A stretch of DNA of 64,000 nt from Candidatus Cloacimonadales bacterium. Its GTDB lineage: Bacteria > Cloacimonadota > Cloacimonadia > Cloacimonadales > JAFGVF01. The number at the start of each line of letters is the position of its first letter. Position 1 is the stretch's first letter. Where the stretch lies: assembly GCA_963667035.1 (NCBI GenBank), contig OY762964.1, positions 960,001 to 1,024,000 on the forward strand, in the 5' to 3' direction. Of the stretch, positions 59,996 to 64,000 are shown in pieces. The notes beneath the pieces are model-generated. The model did no database searches. It worked only from the letters and a program-made list of their open reading frames with translations, and was not told the origin of the DNA. The position numbers were made by a program, and so were the translations under genes.

Positions 59996-61465
59996 ATGAT
60001 TAATACATTAATGAATAAATATGGATTTAAGGATGCGTTTCTTAACTTTAAGAATGTCAGCTACTTTTTGCTGGATGAAACTAGTACACAGAAGCTTGGA
60101 GTCAAGGTTCATCATCACAATATTGGTTCTTATATACCGGCATTACTTGAGAGATACAAAAGGACTCAAGGCTTAATCGGTGGAATGGAGTTAATCGAAT
60201 ATACTCAAGAGGGTAGTTCCATATTCCTTGTAATTGAAGCTAAAAACCTTATTCCATTATTCGAAGTGACAAGTAAAGAATCTCTTATCTCGGGGAATAG
60301 ATTAATTCCATCCTTATATACAATGACCGAGGTGTTATGTCATAACGGTGAAGAATTTAACTTTAATTATACTCATTACAAGCTGATATTAATTGATACA
60401 GCAGTTTATGGATTACAGTATTGGACCATAAATGATGCCATTAGTCATGTTTTTCCAGAACCTGAGGAAATCTTCGGAACAGACGAATTCCTTATATATC
60501 GATCGCCGGAAGAGTTAAGGGGATTGGTTCCTAATGAGAAGTCGTTAATATACAAATACTCAATGATGCTGTATCAGATATTTACTGATGGCAGGATTCC
60601 ATTTTCATCCGTGCAGAAAGAAGTTATTCTAGATGAGATTAATAATGGTACATATATAAGGCCAAACTATTATAATGTGAGTATAAACTCGTCTATTCGT
60701 AATGCTATTCAGAAGAATCTTTCAGTGGACCCTAATAGTAGAATAGATAGCCTTAACAAACAACTCAATATCATTGATGATATTAACCAAGGATTTATCT
60801 ATCACAATGAGTTTGACTTGAAAGATGAGCAATTTGTTGGTGACGATTTTAAACGTAAGTTTGTATCCAAAATGATTATTGATGTGATTATAGCTTTACT
60901 GATTATTGGGGCTATAACATATTTCGTTATAAGACTCAGTGATGATTCGGAAGAAACAGATATTGAATATAGTATGAAAGATAAACAGACAATGGAGCCA
61001 ATCTCTACAAAAACTGTAACGGAAGAGAGGGTTCTTCCGATTACTCAAAGGAAGAAGTCATTTGTAAATACTGATGAATTGGATAAGCTCGTAGGACAAG
61101 ACTTGGATTCGGTAACTCATCAATTAAAGGGTTACGGAATATACATAAAAAAGATTGATTATAAACGTAAGGGTCGTAACAATCATCACGAACTGATTGA
61201 TTATATCTACAACAAAGAAAACAAGTCTATAATTCTTACATTTACTCAGAAGGGATTTACTATGCCAGACTACCAGAATAACTATCTTGATGCTGTTAAA
61301 ACAGACTTTACAAGAAGAAAGTTAAGAGTTGGAAATGTCTCTTACATCTGGACAAGTCAAGACAAGGTTGATAGAATATTGAAGACATATCCACCGGCTG
61401 GAGGATTTGTGTATGAGAATGATAGCATTAACCTTGTTGTGGGTAAAGGAGAGAATGTTAGATGA
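59996..61465 (+). CDS. Degenerate Ser/Thr kinase (pseudokinase) - TM - two PASTA domains
   Basis: Kinase C-lobe remnants YRSPEE, LYQIFTDGRIPF and DPNSR, but no Gly loop, HRD or DFG. One TM. PASTA-like KLVGQDLD and MPDYQN...YPPAG...INLVVGKG. Confidence 0.7.
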   Translation: MINTLMNKYGFKDAFLNFKNVSYFLLDETSTQKLGVKVHHHNIGSYIPALLERYKRTQGLIGGMELIEYTQEGSSIFLVIEAKNLIPLFEVTSKESLISGNRLIPSLYTMTEVLCHNGEEFNFNYTHYKLILIDTAVYGLQYWTINDAISHVFPEPEEIFGTDEFLIYRSPEELRGLVPNEKSLIYKYSMMLYQIFTDGRIPFSSVQKEVILDEINNGTYIRPNYYNVSINSSIRNAIQKNLSVDPNSRIDSLNKQLNIIDDINQGFIYHNEFDLKDEQFVGDDFKRKFVSKMIIDVIIALLIIGAITYFVIRLSDDSEETDIEYSMKDKQTMEPISTKTVTEERVLPITQRKKSFVNTDELDKLVGQDLDSVTHQLKGYGIYIKKIDYKRKGRNNHHELIDYIYNKENKSIILTFTQKGFTMPDYQNNYLDAVKTDFTRRKLRVGNVSYIWTSQDKVDRILKTYPPAGGFVYENDSINLVVGKGENVR

Positions 61466-62175
61466 GAATAATTGTACTCTCTATTCTGGTACTAATACTG
61501 TTGTCAGGATGTGTTACTATTAGTAAAGAGTATATCTCGGAAGTACCGGTAGAAAAGCAGATTGAAGTTCCTGTTAAAGAGATTGTGACTAAAGTTAAGT
61601 ATGAGCAAGATAATCTCTTTGCTCAGAAACCGGGAACTGTAGAGGTAGCACTTGTTAAAACCCAAGAGTTCAGTACTAATGCAGATTTAATTATAAATAA
61701 CATATATCAGTATTTAACAACCATACCGGACCTTAATAGAAAGTATATTATCTATGATGAGAAAACACTTAAGCAGTTATTCAGTTTAAATGATTTCACT
61801 ATTGAAGATGACGCCGATATCAATGTTCTCAAGGAAAACCATATAGACTATGTCATATATATATCTGATATAGGTGTACTTGGTAATCAGTTTAAACTTC
61901 ATATTTTAGACTTGGTAAACGAGAGCGAGAAAAAAAGTATTCAGTTTAAGAACTCTTTTGAGTCTAACTATTTAAATGACTTAAAGTTTTTCTTTTTACA
62001 ACAGGAAGTACCGGTGTATTATGATGAAGAAATTACTACCGGAACTACCTACAAAACAGTTACAGAGCTTGTTGAAAGAAAGATAACTCACGACTATAAA
62101 GCAATGCCATGGGGAGGACGTATACTTTTGGCTGCAGGAATAATAGGAGTCGTATACATTCTAGCTAATCAATAA
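61462..62175 (+). CDS. Lipoprotein of unknown function with C-terminal hydrophobic segment
   Basis: Lipobox LLSGC; ATG overlaps the upstream stop; hydrophobic C-terminus. Confidence 0.7.
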   Translation: MRIIVLSILVLILLSGCVTISKEYISEVPVEKQIEVPVKEIVTKVKYEQDNLFAQKPGTVEVALVKTQEFSTNADLIINNIYQYLTTIPDLNRKYIIYDEKTLKQLFSLNDFTIEDDADINVLKENHIDYVIYISDIGVLGNQFKLHILDLVNESEKKSIQFKNSFESNYLNDLKFFFLQQEVPVYYDEEITTGTTYKTVTELVERKITHDYKAMPWGGRILLAAGIIGVVYILANQ

Positions 62176-62190
62176 TTCAGGAAGGGGGCT

Positions 62191-64000
62191 ATGCAAAGTA
62201 GGTTAGTATTATTTGCATATTTATTTTTATTTGTTTCCATAAACGTTTTTTCGATTACTGTTGATGAGATTATGAACGCCGATAACTATCTCTTCGGAAG
62301 AGGTGAAGATAGTAGCTATAGGGATGCAGAACTTGAAGCATTACAGAACCTATCGGAACAATTCTCTGTGCTTGTGAAATCCAATTTCGAAGAAGATGCC
62401 GAAGAAACCAATGGTAATGTCAATGAGTATTCCCGATCCGTTATTCAAACTTTCTCCTCCGCTTTCCTTGATAATACCGATAAGAAAGTAATTGAGACTG
62501 ATGATGGATTCATCATATTTAAGTACTTACCCAAATCAGATAAAGAAAGAATATTCACTAATAGAAAGAATAAGGTTTATGATTATGCTTCCAGGGGACA
62601 GGCATATCTTGAGGATTTAAACATTGGTCTGGCTATGAGGGATTTTTATTGGGCCCTAATACTTCTTAAGAGCATCCCCTGCTATGATAGTTTTGTAATC
62701 ATGGACGATAACAAATCTGTGGAAGTAAACTTAAAGTTATATCTACAAAGGAAACTGGAGACAATTCTAGCTAATATCTCATTCAATATAACAAAAGAGG
62801 AACAGCTATCTAATTGTGTGACGTTATATATTGAAGCAGATTATAATGGCGATATTATTAACGATTTGTGCTTTAAGTATTTTGATGGAGAAGAGCAAAT
62901 CCTTAGTAACATTATTGATGGGATAGGTATCATTAACTTACCTAACTCATATTATTCAGTGAATGACAGGTTTGTGATATCACTTGATTATAAATACCTG
63001 GAAGTGTTGCAAAAGGATCCGTTGGATGAAGAAGTTAAAGCTTTGATTGATATTGTAAATCCAGGTAAGTTCAAGAACAGAAAGTATTTGTGCAAGGATA
63101 GAATCACCAAATCACATAATGAACACATGATTAAAACTAATGTAGTTGATTTGGCTCCGGGTAGTATTGATAAAAAGAGAATGAATTCAATGCTGGAAGA
63201 TATTATTGATGCTATAAAGACGAAAGAATATGAAAATATTCACCATTACTTTACTGAGATTGGTTACACTCAGTTTTTAAATCTAATGAATTACGGTGAA
63301 GTTAGTATTTATGAACAGAATTTTGAAGTTGATTATTACAATCTTGATCATAGAGTACAAATTAAATCAATCCCAATCATAGTTACGCTAAAGGATAAAC
63401 AAAAGAGGACCTTACTTGATAAGCTGTCTATAACTTATGAGGATGGTAGGATAACTTGGATAAGTTTTGCTCTTGATGACAGTTATATGAACGTAGCAAT
63501 CAAACAGGCGGCTAAAGCTAACGATTTAAAGGAACGATTACAATGTATTAGTTTTCTTGAATACTACAAAACTATCTTTGCTTTAAAAGATGCTTTCAGA
63601 ATTGAGCAGATATTTGCCGATAGTGCAGCTATTTTTATAGGGTATGTGAGCAAGAATCAAGAAGTTCCGGCAGGACTTAAAGATGCAATAGACGTTCAGA
63701 TTGGAGATCAAACTATTATAAAAAGAGTTACTAAGTATGAATACATAGATAGACTAAAGAATAAAGTATTCATGGATAATGATTGTGTAAACATACAATT
63801 TACTGATCATGAGATAATTCGCAGGTCTTCAAGCAGACCCATTTATGCTATTCAATTACATCAGGAATACTATTCTACTAATTATTCAGATGAAGGATAT
63901 CTAATGCTTTTTATAGATTTTACAAATCCTAGAGAGCCTAAAATATTCTTCAGATATTGGCAGCAGGAACATATTGGAGAGGAGAAACAAAGGAGTATAG
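62191..64000 (+). CDS. Exported protein with LPP20-like N-terminal domain; 3'-truncated by the window edge and absent from the ORF track
   Basis: ATG 62191 after GGAAGGGGG; signal peptide; YLFGRGED...AELEALQNLSEQF; no stop seen in the parts read, frame runs to 64000 (...YSDEGYLMLFIDF...YWQ). Confidence 0.75.
   Translation, partial: MQSRLVLFAYLFLFVSINVFSITVDEIMNADNYLFGRGEDSSYRDAELEALQNLSEQFSVLVKSNFEEDAEETNGNVNEYSRSVIQTFSSAFLDNTDKKVIETDDGFIIFKYLPKSDKERIFTNRKNKVYDYASRGQAYLEDLNIGLAMRDFYWALILLKSIPCYDSFVIMDDNKSVEVNLKLYLQRKLETILANISFNITKEEQLSNCVTLYIEADYNGDIINDLCFKYFDGEEQILSNIIDGIGIINLPNSYYSVNDRFVISLDYKYLEVLQKDPLDEEVKALIDIVNPGKFKNRKYLCKDRITKSHNEHMIKTNVVDLAPGSIDKKRMNSMLEDIIDAIKTKEYENIHHYFTEIGYTQFLNLMNYGEVSIYEQNFEVDYYNLDHRVQIKSIPIIVTLKDKQKRTLLDKLSITYEDGRITWISFALDDSYMNVAIKQAAKANDLKERLQCISFLEYYKTIFALKDAFRIEQIFADSAAIFIGYVSKNQEVPAGLKDAIDVQIGDQTIIKRVTKYEYIDRLKNKVFMDNDCVNIQFTDHEIIRRSSSRPIYAIQLHQEYYSTNYSDEGYLMLFIDFTNPREPKIFFRYWQQEHIGEEKQRSI

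Overview
AT-rich chromosomal window from an anaerobic diderm bacterium (LPS heptose and Kdo genes, PFOR, membrane pyrophosphatase). Gene content and style suggest Cloacimonadota or another FCB-related lineage, which is inference only. Housekeeping genes: hppA, PEP carboxykinase, rfaE1/rfaE2, purF, hslVU, nifJ, tag, pyrBCKD, kdsD, dtd, gcvPA/PB, tRNA-Ser(GGA) and dnaX. Accessory content: (1) a complete IS1182-family element that duplicated a 24-bp terminator hairpin, plus a 52-bp palindromic miniature derivative 52 kb away; (2) a ~13 kb convergent glycan-modification locus with an unusual acyl-CoA toolkit (MaoC, two CitE-like lyases, LUD protein, CoA ligase, AlaDH-like enzyme, flippase, ATP-grasp, acyltransferase, GT2, RmlB, GT-C); (3) a tightly coupled three-gene module of zinc-ribbon protein, CHAT protease-STAND NTPase-TPR protein with recently shuffled 120-bp repeats, and a small membrane protein, which is the best candidate for an undescribed caspase-based immune or cell-death system; (4) a pseudokinase-PASTA operon. 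Other highlights: three unrelated intergenic arrays sharing an 11-bp-periodic palindromic architecture, a PyrR-binding loop that hides the RBS of a uORF overlapping pyrB, and a duplicated Cys5 motif under purifying selection on the pyrophosphatase tail. All calls come from reading the sequence and recalled family motifs; no searches were run.
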